Assembly: GCA_009103225.1 (NCBI GenBank)
Contig: RHPI01003156.1
Span: 678,159 to 742,158, forward strand
Length of the DNA: 64,000 bases
Direction of reading: 5' to 3'
Source: Chlorokybus atmophyticus
Taxonomy: Eukaryota > Plantae > Mesostigma and Chlorokybus algae
Shown here: piece by piece, positions 11,308 to 25,078 of the stretch
Layout: each line of letters opens with the position of its first letter
Numbering within the stretch: the stretch's first letter is position 1
The notes under the pieces: model-generated
Database searches by the model: none
Told to the model about the DNA's origin: nothing
Seen by the model: the letters and a program-made list of their open reading frames with translations, nothing else
Translations under genes and position numbers: made by a program

Positions 11308-11779
11308 GCGCACTTCACAGGGTGATGAGGTCTCGGTGGAGTGACCCTCCAAGCATGAAGGCTATCAACCAACAGCAGGAAGCTGTGAGTGTCTTGGGGG
11401 ATGGAACCACCAATATACTCAACAACGAGCGTTGATGCCAAACCAATGACACTGATCGATAGTTGTTCTTGCTGACAGTGGTACGGACCAAAGTCAAAGC
11501 AAGAAAAGAAGCCACACGGCACGCAAGGTCACACATGCGCCGCAATACACCCGATCTAATTTGCGTGCATAGAATGTGGTACTAACCCATCATGCAATCC
11601 AACTTGCATTGTAATGTGTCACATCAACCTCCTGCTGCATGGCTTGGAGTTTAGCATCTTTGCCGTCACTTCAGCCAATAATGCTCCTTTAAACCTGTCA
11701 AGGCAATGCATCAAAAAAGCAGACGCATGGCATGCACAGGTTAGCTGTGTCACCGTTGAACTGTAATGTGTTTCGTCCA

Positions 11780-13000
11780 GTGGCTGCTTGATGTGGCTTG
11801 CAACTCTAAGGCAGTAGAAAAGGTAAGAAAAACGTCAGTGATCTACCACATTTCCACCTTGCTGGGGACAGGCAACATGTCAACATGTCAGCGGCTTGCA
11901 TGCTGCTGAAGTCACTCATGCGCTATTGTCCTCAGCAACAATGACGTTAATGGATCATCTCATCTGTTCTGCACGCTCACCACACATGGGAGAAAGGTAA
12001 CTGCTCCATGGCAAGCACCTGTCACAATAGTACGTGTACCTGTTGGCCTACAGTGCAAGACGCGTTGCCAAGAAGGAAGGACGAGCGTAGCTGCTTGCCC
12101 TGTCACATCCCAAACGTAAGCTGGGAGGCAGGCATACAGGCCGCCAGGTAAGATGAGAGCGACAGAGCTAGACAGACAGAGACAATGACAGACACACAGC
12201 GACACAGAGAGAAAGCCACAAATAGGTTTGCTCAGCCTCATACCGACAAGCAGGCTTTGTCTCTCTGGATTTTGGTTATTTTATTGTTGGCCTTCCTTAG
12301 CCGCTTGCGTTTCCTCTTCGTCTACGTTTTGTCACCGGTTTTGCCCCCTGTCGCCCAGGTCGTCATCGCCTTTTCCATAGATTCATCAGCAGGGCCCTGC
12401 TATTGTCATTCCCCAGGCAAGGCCACGTCGTTTGCTTAAGCGTTTGCTGGCTCTGTAGCAGGACGACGGTAAGTAACCCTGCCTGCCTTAACACATACAT
12501 GCAAGTCATGTCAGCTGACGTCACTTGAGCCGCTCGCCGCCGCTGTCGTGATCTCAACAAAACCACCAACACACGCAAGTCACAGTCAGTCAGACAACCT
12601 TGGGTGGTTGAAGTCCTCGTGCATGCGGCATAGTCGACAAGTGAAGGGCACACTGTGTGTGATAGAGAAGTGATAGAGAAGTGAAGGGCGCACTGGCAGC
12701 ACCTGTATGGTCCAACCTGCCTGTTCTCCGCCTGTGCTTAAAACGAGATATGCAACACTGCGCGTGCCATGCCATATGTACATGCACAGCGTGCATGGTA
12801 TGAGCTATGCTCTGCCTAAGAGGCTAGCCGCAATGGGACTCTTTCTCCCCGTGATTCGTGCACAGCGCATGCCCGGACACAACTGAGGGCATGCTGCGCG
12901 TTGCATAGCAGTGAACTGAGTGGCAGAACTTAGTGTGGAGGTGAGTAGTTTGGTGCTTACCTGGCCCTTTCGCAAGTGAAGTCCGCCATGACAAGCAAGC
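11780..13000 (-). repeat. Copy A of a diverged inverted ~1.3-kb duplication (partner 17500-18780), probable gene remnant
   Basis: The reverse complement shares collinear blocks with 17.5-18.8 kb, e.g. ttcacttgc...cag|gtaagcac, gcggcggcgagcgg(g)ctcaagtgacgtca, cctggggaatgac, gacaaagcct, acgtttttcttaccttt. Confidence 0.75.
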
Positions 13001-13379
13001 TGTCGCAACACGCAAAACTACGCGCTGTTACCGCTCTGCCTACACAAGAAGCCCTTTCAGTGAACTCTATTGAACAGAAATACTTGGTGGAAGCGCCTTC
13101 CCAGCTATCAACTGAGGACACACACAACCGTTGTAGGGTACATGCTTGTACAAAGCACTGCGGAGCGCACTGCTTTGAACCAGATGGGCATGATAGGCAG
13201 GTGGCACGAGCATGCATGAAACACCAGCACTCGTTTGCAAGCTTGTGATTGGGGTCAGTGGGTTAATGCTTCATCTTAATGAAAAGTATAACTCAGCAAG
13301 CCCTTCCTGCAAGCACGTCAGTCCGGCTGAGCCATATCAGTGTTAGCCAATCACCCAACTCTGCATGGACCAATCTTCT

Positions 13380-14940
13380 TACACATCAACATGCGCAGCA
13401 CTGTCCTCCCTGACCACACCCACACCCACACCCACACCCACACCCACAACATCAGCACACTCGTACACAACCACAGTCCTCGTCGCCTCCGCCCTCGACT
13501 CGGATGGCGACCTGGTCCTCGCGCGCGCGCAAACGACACAACACAAGCTACCACAACAGGACAACAACGGTGGTGAGTCACGCGCGGCTGGATGTGTGCT
13601 CGCTAGGCACTCGATGGCGACGAGACTGCGCGCTGTCGGACGGCAAGCAAGGGAGAAGGGTGGGTGTGTGGGTGCGCGTGCGTGTGTGATGCTGTGGTGA
13701 AACACAACAACAAGGTGTGGAGCGGGGCTGCTGTTGGCGCAGTGGGTGTTCAGTAACGAGCACGTGTGCTGCGTGTAGGGGGCGATCGACCTTGCGGCCA
13801 GACCAGGTGAGATGATTATTGTTGTTGCTGTCGTTGTTGTTGGGGTGTGTGCATGCGTTCATTTCCATGTGGCTGGCAATTCACCTGACACGCATGCCAA
13901 CGCGCACATGCAAATGCACGCGCATGCGGTCATGCACGCACGCGTTTCCAGATGAAGCTGTGTGGCACGATTGGTTGGAACTATTCTTGCGCGAGAGGCG
14001 TCCCGGGTCCTCCACTGCTAAGAAGCTGCATATGCCACATGGGGTATTTTCACATGTACACATTCACATCAACAGGCTGTGCAATGACACCCACAAGTAC
14101 GCACTTACAGGCGACACGACACAGTGCTTGTTGGATACAAAGCACGTGCACGCACGCATATGCACGCGCATGCACACACGTACAAAACAGATGCACGTGC
14201 GCACGCACACACGCATGAGCGCGCGCAAAAGAAAATAGACACACTTACACACACATTCTGTCTCACACATGCATACAACGACGTCCTGACAAACTGCCTC
14301 ACCAACGCGCTCGCCAACACCTCCGAGACTGATATCGCCCTTGTGCGCACACTAAACTGGACAAAGCCTCTCCACACAGCAGGTACGTTGTGGCGATATC
14401 CACGTCCTTGCTCTCGATACTCATCCTAGACTGATATATCTCCTTCCAGCAGTTGCATGGAGTGAAGGCGATATCGCCGAGCTGGGAAACGTCATGTTGG
14501 TGCTGGCGGCTGATACGATGTATGACTAGAATGAAACAACAGAAGGTGAATAAGCCATGAGTGTGTAAGCAGATTTCTGAGATAGTGCGTGTGCGCGTGT
14601 GCATGTGACTGAGCGCGCGTGCTTGTGCTTGGAAGTGTGCTGATGCGCGCGCACGCGTGTGTACGTGCGAGTACATCCGCGAGCAATGCACGCGTGCACG
14701 TGTATGCGTGCACGGACACACACTCGTACGGCTGTGCGCGTGTATGTGTGCGCGCGCTCACCATCACTTCCTCACCATCAGGTTCTTACCATCAATCCCG
14801 AAACCCGAATCAACTTCCCCGCTCAGGACTTGGATATCAAAGAGCTACTCAATACAACAACTTGCAGCAATAGATCGGACACACAAGCGTAAGCTAATTG
14901 TTTGCTGCAGGATCGATACCGACACCATCCCTTATCTCTG
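13380..14940 (+). pseudogene. Second, disabled copy of the METTL22-like gene, inverted relative to the copy at 3330-5535
   Basis: Collinear exons and introns (ASALDSDGDLVLAR, RHSMATRLRAVG, VWSGAAVGAV-like exon, SETDIALVRTLNWTKPL, VLAADTMYD). It has an in-frame TAG near 13775 in the methyltransferase motif exon and a deletion after ADTMYD. No first exon was found. Confidence 0.85.
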
Positions 14941-14972
14941 CTCTGGTTGTGTGTGCGCGGAGCGGATAGCTG

Positions 14973-15488
14973 TTAGTGTGGGAGCTGAAGGGATGGTGAG
15001 AGTTCGGCAGGGGGTGTAACACATTGCGTGCGTGTGATGCAACCTTGTTCACAACTGTTGTTCACAAGATCGCAAGCAAGCGTGCTCCAATAGCCTGCAA
15101 TGTTGGCAAATTGGCCTCTGGACACACATACACGTTGTACTCGTGCCACAGACTGCGCGTGCGTGCGCGGTGTCATGTAACACACAGCATCAAGTTTATA
15201 ACGCACAACATATGCGCACAATGGTGCGCATATGCTCAATTCTATTTCATCACTCTATTTGTCGCCCATGATACAACAACCACAGCACACTGCTCACAGG
15301 TACCACCACGCGACAGGCAATGCAATGAGACCCATCACTCCCAGCGTCGACGGTCTCGCCAACCCCGACACCGACGCGGAGTTGTTGCTGCTGCTGTTGC
15401 TGCTGCTGTGCGAGCTCCCGTAGTAGTGGTGGTACTGCGGCGTGAACTTGCGGGTGGCGGTGGTACTCGTCGTCGTCGGCGGCGGCAT
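14973..15488 (-). CDS. Possible small hypothetical spliced gene (Thr/Ser/His-rich N-terminus, hydrophobic stretch, GQFANIAGYWSTLACDLVNNSCEQG exon)
   Basis: GC-rich open segment 15300-15488 and a plausible AG-bounded exon at ~15050-15120. No recognisable family. Confidence 0.25.
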
Positions 15489-16320
15489 GGCGGCGGCGTG
15501 GTCTTCATCGCTGGAAGAGTTGAAGTGGACGGATGTCGAGTGCTGCTCTGGTATGGGGTTTGGAAGGGTGGAGGAGGAGTGGGAATATTGTGTTAGGAAG
15601 GAGAGGGTGAGAAACGTGCATAACAGGATGGACAGGAGTCTCATTGTATCAGCTTGGGTTCTAGACACAATGTGGCTGGGACGTGGTCGGCCCTCAAGGT
15701 GCTCCGCATAAAGCACTGCGGCGACGCCAGAACATCATCGAGTGCGTGTTACCGCTGCTGCGCGCGAGCGCGCGTGCGCACACACACAAACACATTTAGA
15801 AGCATACATACTGGAATACACAGCTGCAGCATGCACGCATAGACGCACGATAGCAGCGCACACAGTAGCACACATAGTAGCAGCAAACACACGTAGACAC
15901 AAACACGATAGGTGCACGCACGCACGCACGCACGCACACACGGAACCGAAAGATTTACCTGCTGTCCACTGCTGGCGCCCTGGCCAAACCTGGTCGCCCC
16001 TGACAGTGTCACATACAAACGTTGAACACATACACATATGCACGTGCGCGTGCATTCGTACACACGCTCATGTTGCTATGATGGACGTACTCTTGCACTG
16101 ACTGCATGCGTTATTATTCACCATGGTGTGTGGACTGAGCGGACTGAGTGTGTCGCTAAGAGCCTGCGCTACACACGCGTCACATGCATCCATAAACGCA
16201 AACGTACGCCCCGTACTCTGTCCACACGTAGAACAACACAAAAACACACACACAAAAAAAAAGGGGAAGCAAAGAAGAAAGCACGACACCAATCTCACCT
16301 GCTGCTGGCCTAGTCGCCGC

Positions 16321-16396
16321 CCTTCCCTTCCCTTCCCTTCCCTTCCCTTCCCTTCCCTGGCCTGGCCTGGCCTGGCCTGGTCTGGTCGTGGCCTGG
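16321..16396. repeat. (CCTTC)7 followed directly by (CCTGG)5 pentamer array
   Basis: Directly visible. Confidence 0.95.
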
Positions 16397-17029
16397 TCGT
16401 CGCCGCAGCAGACCAACGACGGTCACGTGGGTGTGCATTTCAAATCTGAAACGCACCCGGGGGTGGGGGGGGGGGGGCGATTGAGACGGATAAACGACGT
16501 GGTGACATGGATATCACTACCATCCGTGTCTGATATCTTATTGGTTTGGTAGGACGCCGACGGTCGGCGGAACGACGACGAACAAGCCCTTCCTCACTGT
16601 GTGGTGGTATTGAGGGAAAAGGGGCTTGCCTTGCGTCATAACCCGTCCTGCAGTTTCTCGCGTTTGTAGTGCTGTGCAAGTACCTGAGTCAGCGAGCAGT
16701 TGAGGCTTGTTGTAGGGGGCATCGTGTCCTGTTGTGGTTGTTGTTGCACACCCTGTTGCTGTGTAGATGCTAGGACAGCCAACGGTTGTGCAGAGTCAGC
16801 TGTCTACAAGCTGGGGCGGATATGTTTTCCTGTGTCTTGATACTTGGTCTCGATACTTTTGGACGTCATGGTGTGCGAATGTCACTTACTATGCGACTCA
16901 TGCATGGTAGAAGTGCCCAACTTAGGTGAAGTTTTAACGTTGCAGATGACTTCTCACCTGTGGTCAATCACATGCACAGTACTTTGGCCAAATGAGCGCG
17001 TATCAACAAGTGCATCGGTCGCTGTACAT

Positions 17030-17055
17030 ATCGACAACGACATGTCGTTGTCGAT
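17030..17055. other. 26-bp perfect palindrome
   Basis: atcgacaacgacatgtcgttgtcgat equals its own reverse complement. Confidence 0.95.
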
Positions 17056-17499
17056 GTGCACCTTGCTGCCAAGTGTTATTGTGTAGACAACAACACCAGA
17101 CTGGTGCCAGCAAGGTAGCCAGCATCCGAGTAGGCATCTGCCCTGCAAGCAAGCAGCCTCAGCTGCATCTTTTCGCAGGCGGTGCTGTGGTCTTCTCTGC
17201 ATCATGCTGCTTGCCAAGTCTGAGGCCAAGGGGACTAAATGAGAATGTGTTGGTGGTCCATCAGATCAGACACGCAACTCTGCGCTGTGCAGCTGCGTGA
17301 TGTCACCTGATGCGCGCGCGCGTGGTGTTACAGAAGTCCGAAGTGCTGCTACTGCACTTATGCTAGCTAGTGTGCATGTGTGCATGCGCGTGTGCGCGCG
17401 TGCATGCGACCTCGCGTGTACCTGCACGCTCGCATGCGCAGGAAGTGCGTATGTGCGTTGTGACTCGCATCTCGTGAGCGAGCATGGTTCTTTTCGAAC

Positions 17500-18780
<1,281 letters not shown>

Positions 18781-19050
18781 ACACACGCGCACTCTGTACA
18801 ACAAGCGAAAACACTTACACCTGGAGGCTAGTCGCCAACATTTCAAGCTAATTAAGCATGCTTGGTTGTGATCATTCGTGCACATCGGTTGTATCTAAAA
18901 GCCAAACCACACGCATGTTATGTTACACCCCCTCCCAAACTCACTGTCTTCAAGGCCCTCAGCAACCACACTGCATACAGCCACATTGCACATCTTCTGT
19001 GTATGTCTATGTCCATGTGTAGCAACGCCTTCATTTATCGTGTTTACAAT

Positions 19051-19815
19051 TTACTTGCCGCACAATTTGCCGTTAATCCACTCCGGGCTGGCCTTTGTGT
19101 TCCACTCGGATGCGCCGTAGCACACTTGCGGCCTCGTGCCCGCATCGTAGAGCTTGCACACATGGCACAGGTGCACCCATACTTGTGTCGCTATGCTTGT
19201 GTGCGCACACACGCTTGTGACATTCATAATGCGAGACATGGCGAACGACGCATCCCTTTGCTCACCTTGCTGTAGCGACCACGACCCGGGAAGTACGCCC
19301 AATACTTGCAGTTGGAGTTGGCCTTGCACCTGGCACAAAGTCGCGGAGTGTTGTATGACCTACAACTTGTGTGTGCATACTACACGGCCGCCGTACCACA
19401 GCGGCTGTGAGTGAGAAAGTAGTGTCCCTCCTGTGCGTGCACCTCCTGCTACCTGTGGCAGCACTCGTCTGCGTTGTACATGCCGTTAATCTTGCGGATG
19501 CGCGTGAGGGGCGGGGTACTCCACACGTGGTGGCCTTGCGGCTGAGAGCAGTACGACTTGCACACGGGCGTACCATCGTACAGCGTCTGGGCATTGGCAC
19601 ACACGACAGCGTTAATGTCGACAGCTCGTTGAAATGCTGATGCTGATGTTGGCGACTATGCTGAAGAGCAGAATGTATATAGACACAGTCGTGCGCGCAC
19701 ACGTGCGGGCAAACACACCTTCAGGAAGAAACCATGGTTGCACATGTAAGGAAGCCGCAGCCGCTATGCGTCGGCTGGCATCGACCGTTGCTGCCGCACG
19801 GGTTGGACGCGCACA
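19051..19815 (-). CDS. Cys-rich extracellular protein fragment: EGF-like exon plus PAN/Apple-like domain; possibly a pseudogene
   Basis: Exons CASNPCGSNGRCQPTHSG..., AVDINAVVC...KINGMYNADECCHR|CKANSNCKYWAYFPGRGRYSK|...CHVCKLYDAG...WINGKLCGK* (TAA at 19051). The EGF-like exon changes frame near 19745. Start codon not located. Confidence 0.6.
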
Positions 19816-20252
19816 CTAAAACAGCAAGTGATAAAGACATGTGTGAGCGCATCATGCATGTCGGCATACCAGAACACCCCTTTTGTTCATAACGAGCACA
19901 TGTGGATGTTCAATCTTCCTTCTTTGTTGCACAGCATAACTTGACGTGTGACGCCCATGACCACTTCGTACATTACCCACATTTCTGCACTGCCTACATT
20001 CCGCCTCCTCTAGCGCATGCACGTGTGCCCTTCATGTGCAACCCAACCCAATTACAGCCATGGCACTATGCTGGACACGAACCTGAACTATCACTTTCAA
20101 TCAATGCTGTACTAGTGCGCAACTGCAAGAACTCCAATGCAAACATCTACACCACCTCAAACGCAGTGGGCAACAGGCTTCACATGCCCGCAAACTACAC
20201 TACACTATACAAAAGAATGGCCGAACTAACTCAACTCATCGTCTCCTCCTCA

Positions 20253-23200
20253 TCACCAGTGATCATACCCAACACTCGGTGCCGCAGCAGGTGACGTGTC
20301 GTCCTCCCCGCTAAGCGAGCTCATTATGCCCTGCACGGAGGCGTACGTGCCGAGCACGGCGCTCACGCCTGCAACTACAATGACGGTCCCGCAGGCCACG
20401 CGCTCCCACCGCGCGGCCCAACGACCCGAGAGCTTCAGGTAGCACACGCACGGGAGGACGGCGGAGACGGTGAGGGAGAGGAAGGAGCCGATGAAGGCCA
20501 TCACAAGACCTGAAGAAGGGAGAGTGTATCTGTGTGTCTGTGTGTGTGTGCGCGCGCGCGGGCACGTGCATGCATGCATGCATGTGTGGTGCTTGTGCGC
20601 GTGCGCGTCCGTTTGCACGTGCGCGCGTGTATGCGTGTTGTGGGATGTGGGTGGCGAGACCCGACCAGCAGCGAGCACACATACTCACAACTTGACCAAC
20701 GGTGTTGCCGCACAACCACAAATAGAGGTATCATTTCTCCTCACCGAAGAACGGCACGACAATGGCCGCGAGGGCGGTAGAGGCCACGAGCGCGACGCGT
20801 ATGCAGAGGGACGCCACGTGGTGCGCGGGCGAGTACTCGGCAAATGGCAGGAGCTCCTCGATCGCCATGGCCACGGGAGATACCGTCAGCGCAAACTTCG
20901 ATATCGGGTTCACCACCTGGTTCAAACATCGACACATCAGCAAGGGGAGTGCGATGGAAGAGGGAATACATGGTGTTGATGTGGGTGTTATTGTACCGTG
21001 ATCCATATGGCCACTTTGGACGCCACGCGGTCGGCGGGCAGGTTGAGGGTGATCTGGGAGCTGAGGTCTTCGCCGTACATCATGTAGCCCGCCACAGCCG
21101 TGATGCCGTACAACAACACGCAGATGGTAAAACTGCAACCACAAGTGTCGCTGTCTAATAAGTCTCTTACAAGTCATGATCCACACGTCTTGAGTGTGTG
21201 GCATTTGGTGCATGGCCATTGCGTGGAACCCAAGTAGACCACATATGCGATACAACATGCGATCGCACCTGACATCGAGGATGCGGTTGAACTGCCTCGG
21301 CTTCCTCATCGATTGGTAGATGACTGGAAAGACGGCGTGGCCGGAGAAGCAGAAGCCGACAATGCCGAGCGCTGTTGGCAGTCCCTGCGCACAGCACAGG
21401 AAATGTGTGCTTGCGAGTTCAGCGGCGTGTACATATATTAACTGAGCGGGTTTAAACAGGGCAGTCACCTCCAATCTCAGCAGCGTGCCGGTGTGCGTGA
21501 ACCCCACGCCCTCAAAGGCGCCCACCCAGATCACCATGACCATCATCATCGCAGACGCGAGCACGCCACCAGCTGTGAACACGCGCATACAAACACATTT
21601 TTAACCAGGCCATCAACACAACATACTCACGCGCCCACAACAAGCAGAAAGTATCGGTTGGTTGCGATTGCGATAGCGATTGATTTGGGTGCGGTGCAGC
21701 AAGGCAGATGATACATGTTCCCCACATGTATGCAATAACCACATGTTTGCAAAGTGTACCTGAGAGGTAGGAGAGAACGCTCAAGTCCTTCAGCAGGCAG
21801 CTCGGGAGCACGATGAGCGCCGTGATCAGGACAAACCCGTGCTGCGCAGTGAGATGCAACCCCGCGAGGTCGAAATGCGGGAACAGATCTGCAACATAGA
21901 TGTATGAGATGCATCTTGACGAGGGCTGAAGTCCACTTGTGCCAAGCATGTTGGAATACTCACTGGCGAGGTTGTCTCCCTCCAGGATGAGGAACTCCAC
22001 CGTGCACAGGTACAGCTCCACATACAGCACGATCGCAACGAACATTCTCCTGTGTAACCACCAAGCGCGTGATGCGCTGGTACACATGTTGTGGGTCGCG
22101 CGTGATGCAGTGCGTACCCGTAAACGCCAAAGGCCGCTTCGCCGATGTCGGGGTAGGTGTGAAGCCCCGGCCTGCTGTCCAGACACGCGCGAAGGAGCTT
22201 GCCGGTGTAGCAGCAGATCATGGCGAAAGCAGCCAGCACCAACAGCCCTGAGACGCACCGTCGTCAGCAAGTCATTGATGTTGTCGCACTGTTGTGGCGT
22301 GTATATGGCCACTAGCGCAAATATGACTCAAGTTGCAAAGCACAATGAAAGCACTAGCTTATTGTCAAGTTGTTGTTGTTGTTGTTAGTGTTGCTGCGTT
22401 CGAGCTTGTGATGTGCGTGTGGCGGTGAAGTAGCACTGAGATGCTGGGATGGGATACAGCAGACCAACGGTACAACTACTCACCTGCCCAACCAGCTTGA
22501 GCCAAAGCATACGGCGTGGACAGCACCCCCACACCCGCCAACACGTTGACACCTGCACCACACCATCCACTTTACGCAACCCCAAAACTCATCACTGATC
22601 CCACCAACACGCATTACCATTGAAAGACGCTTGCATGAAGCTGCTGCCAAACTTGCGATCTGGCCGATCAGGCAAGACCGGCCCGTGATAGTGGTAATCA
22701 CCCTCCACCCCGTTCGCGTGGGCACGCCGCACGGGCGGTTTGGGCGGCAACGGTGGCTTCGACGAGGCGTGCGAGGCGAGTGGGGACGGGCGTGAAGAAG
22801 GCGCGGGCGAATCAGGTGCTAAAGAGAAAGGTTGGGTGTCGTCGTAGTAGCCGTCGGCAAAGTCGGATGAGGCCGTGTCGGCGAGAAGAGGCGTGCGGAG
22901 AGTGCTTGTGGAAGTGGAGGTTTGTTGTTGCTGTTGTTGTTGCTCGGAGTCATCGCCGCCCTGAGCCAAGCCATAGCTGCGACCGAGGGAGGGGGAACGG
23001 GCGTACCACTCTGACGAATGCCTGCGCAGAGATGTAGCAATTGTCAATACACATAGGCACGGGCACGCGCATGCGAATACACTCACAAACGTGTGCGCGC
23101 GTACACGCACACACTGGCGTCAACGTACAAGCGCATGCACACACGTGCACACGCGATCACTGTGCGCGCACAACTCCAAGCAGTATCATGTGGAATAAGT

Positions 23201-23960
23201 GTGCATGCGCTTCTCAAAGTTGCTTTTTGCCAATGGACGGCGTGTTACAAGCAAGACACACTTGGAAACACACATACAAAAATCCATCTCAACATCAAGT
23301 CACGTGTTCCCAGGCCATGTATGCGATGTACCTGTAACTCTGAGGCCAGTACGCCCGTGGTCTGGGCGACGCGGCGCTTTCGACATCCGCGTCCTGCATG
23401 CCTGTGTGCGTGCCCACTGCACGCATGCAAAAGTGTTGTTGAGTACCATGCATGTTTCCCACACTTTGTATGCGGTGGGCTGCAGTTTCATGCACCACAA
23501 ACTGAACTGCATGCCTTTGCGCATGCCTTGCAACTGTGAGAGTGATAACATTCACAATGTTGGTACGACTATTGTTCATGACTGCAGAATGTACTTCTGC
23601 TTGGAGATTTGGATCAGTACTCTCCTTGTCATGCGTGTGTTCTTCGCATGAGATACCATAGTCTGAATGAATTAATGTAGCCAGTGAGGAATGCAACTGG
23701 AAATCTATTAGCGCTGAGAGTGGCAGTCACTGACATGCAGATAGAGTACAAGCCCAGGACTGCTGATATTAACTTCGTGTCACAATGCCTATGCTTTGCA
23801 CATGCAAGGCATAACGGCGCAATGCAGCAAAGCATAACATACCAGACCAGCGGCGGGGCCTGCCCTCCCTGCCCTCCCGCTCCTCCGCGCCGCGCTCCCG
23901 ACCCCTGCCATCCCTCTCACCCGACGGGATGTCCATGCCTCCCCCTGCGTCACCCATCAT
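20253..23960 (-). CDS. AVT1: Vacuolar amino acid transporter AVT1-like (amino acid/auxin permease family)
   Basis: Exons give YWPQSYR (plant AVT1 N-terminal motif), GSSFMQASFNG|VNVLAGVGVLSTPYAL, YTGKLLRAC...TYPDIGEAAFG, VEFLILEGDNL, GFCFSGHAVFPVIYQSM, GYMMYGED..SQITLNLP, NPISKFAL, IVVPFFGLVMAFIGSFLS..VSAVLPCVCYLK. Confidence 0.92.
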
Positions 23961-24530
23961 GCACGGGTCCCTAACCCCTCCCCGGCCACCGCCACCGCCG
24001 CCGCCACCACCGCCCCTGACAACACGGAGGAGTCACTTGCTCGCCTGGCCAGGAGAGCAAAGCAAGGAAACCCTAAAATGTGGGTGTGTGGCGAGGTTTG
24101 TGTCGATCGCCAACATGGCGCTTTTTTACGCTGTTGGAGTGTCGCGCTGGTGCTCGCTGGGCACAAACGCACACGACTTGTGCGGCATCACGTGGGACGC
24201 TTCTCCGCTTCAACCGACTCTGGGACGGTCCGGATCGGACGGCGCACGTCCGGCGACAGGCGCATCGAACGGCGGAAGGTCGCGCGGGCTCACTGATGTT
24301 CGCATGCAAAAACTAAACGGTTTTGTTGGGGAGGGCTTCTATTCTACCAGGCCAGATTGGCCGAGGCCGGACCAGGCCAGGAGGGCGGGGAGGAAGGCTG
24401 TTAGACCGGGACACCATCAACTGCATCATCAGGCCAGGGGCGTTGGAGATGGGTGGAGTCCTTCTCAGTTGACAGCAGGGGGCGGGCGCCCCCCAAGCAT
24501 AGGGTTGCTTGTTGTGCTAGTAGAAGACAG

Positions 24531-24984
24531 ATGGAGTTGGCCATGGGGCGGCGATCGTCATCAGTTGCAATGTTGGCGCTCCGGGCCATTGTTTGCGCGA
24601 CATTGCTGGTCTCGTTCACAGGTGAGTGAGAGTTGAATGACAGTTGGTTATGGTTGATTTTCTCACAGCTGCAGTTGGATCAAGTAATAGCTGAGTTATG
24701 GCACCTGCGTGAGCTACAATGAAAATTTATCAATAGTAGAGGCCTCACTTGCGGATATTCATCTCACCTGAGTCTAAACTGGTCCAATGCACTATACTTG
24801 GTCCCATAGTTGTACCCTCAATCACCTCTTTCTGCATACTGCGCCTTGCTGCTGATCAACACGGCCACAGTCATGCTGAAAGTTCCATCAGTTCATGATA
24901 AGGTTTAAGTCACCCTACTCAGCAACAGACTGAGGAGTTTAGATGAAACAGTTCAACTTAACCCCAAGACACAAACAATAATCT

Positions 24985-25078
<94 letters not shown>

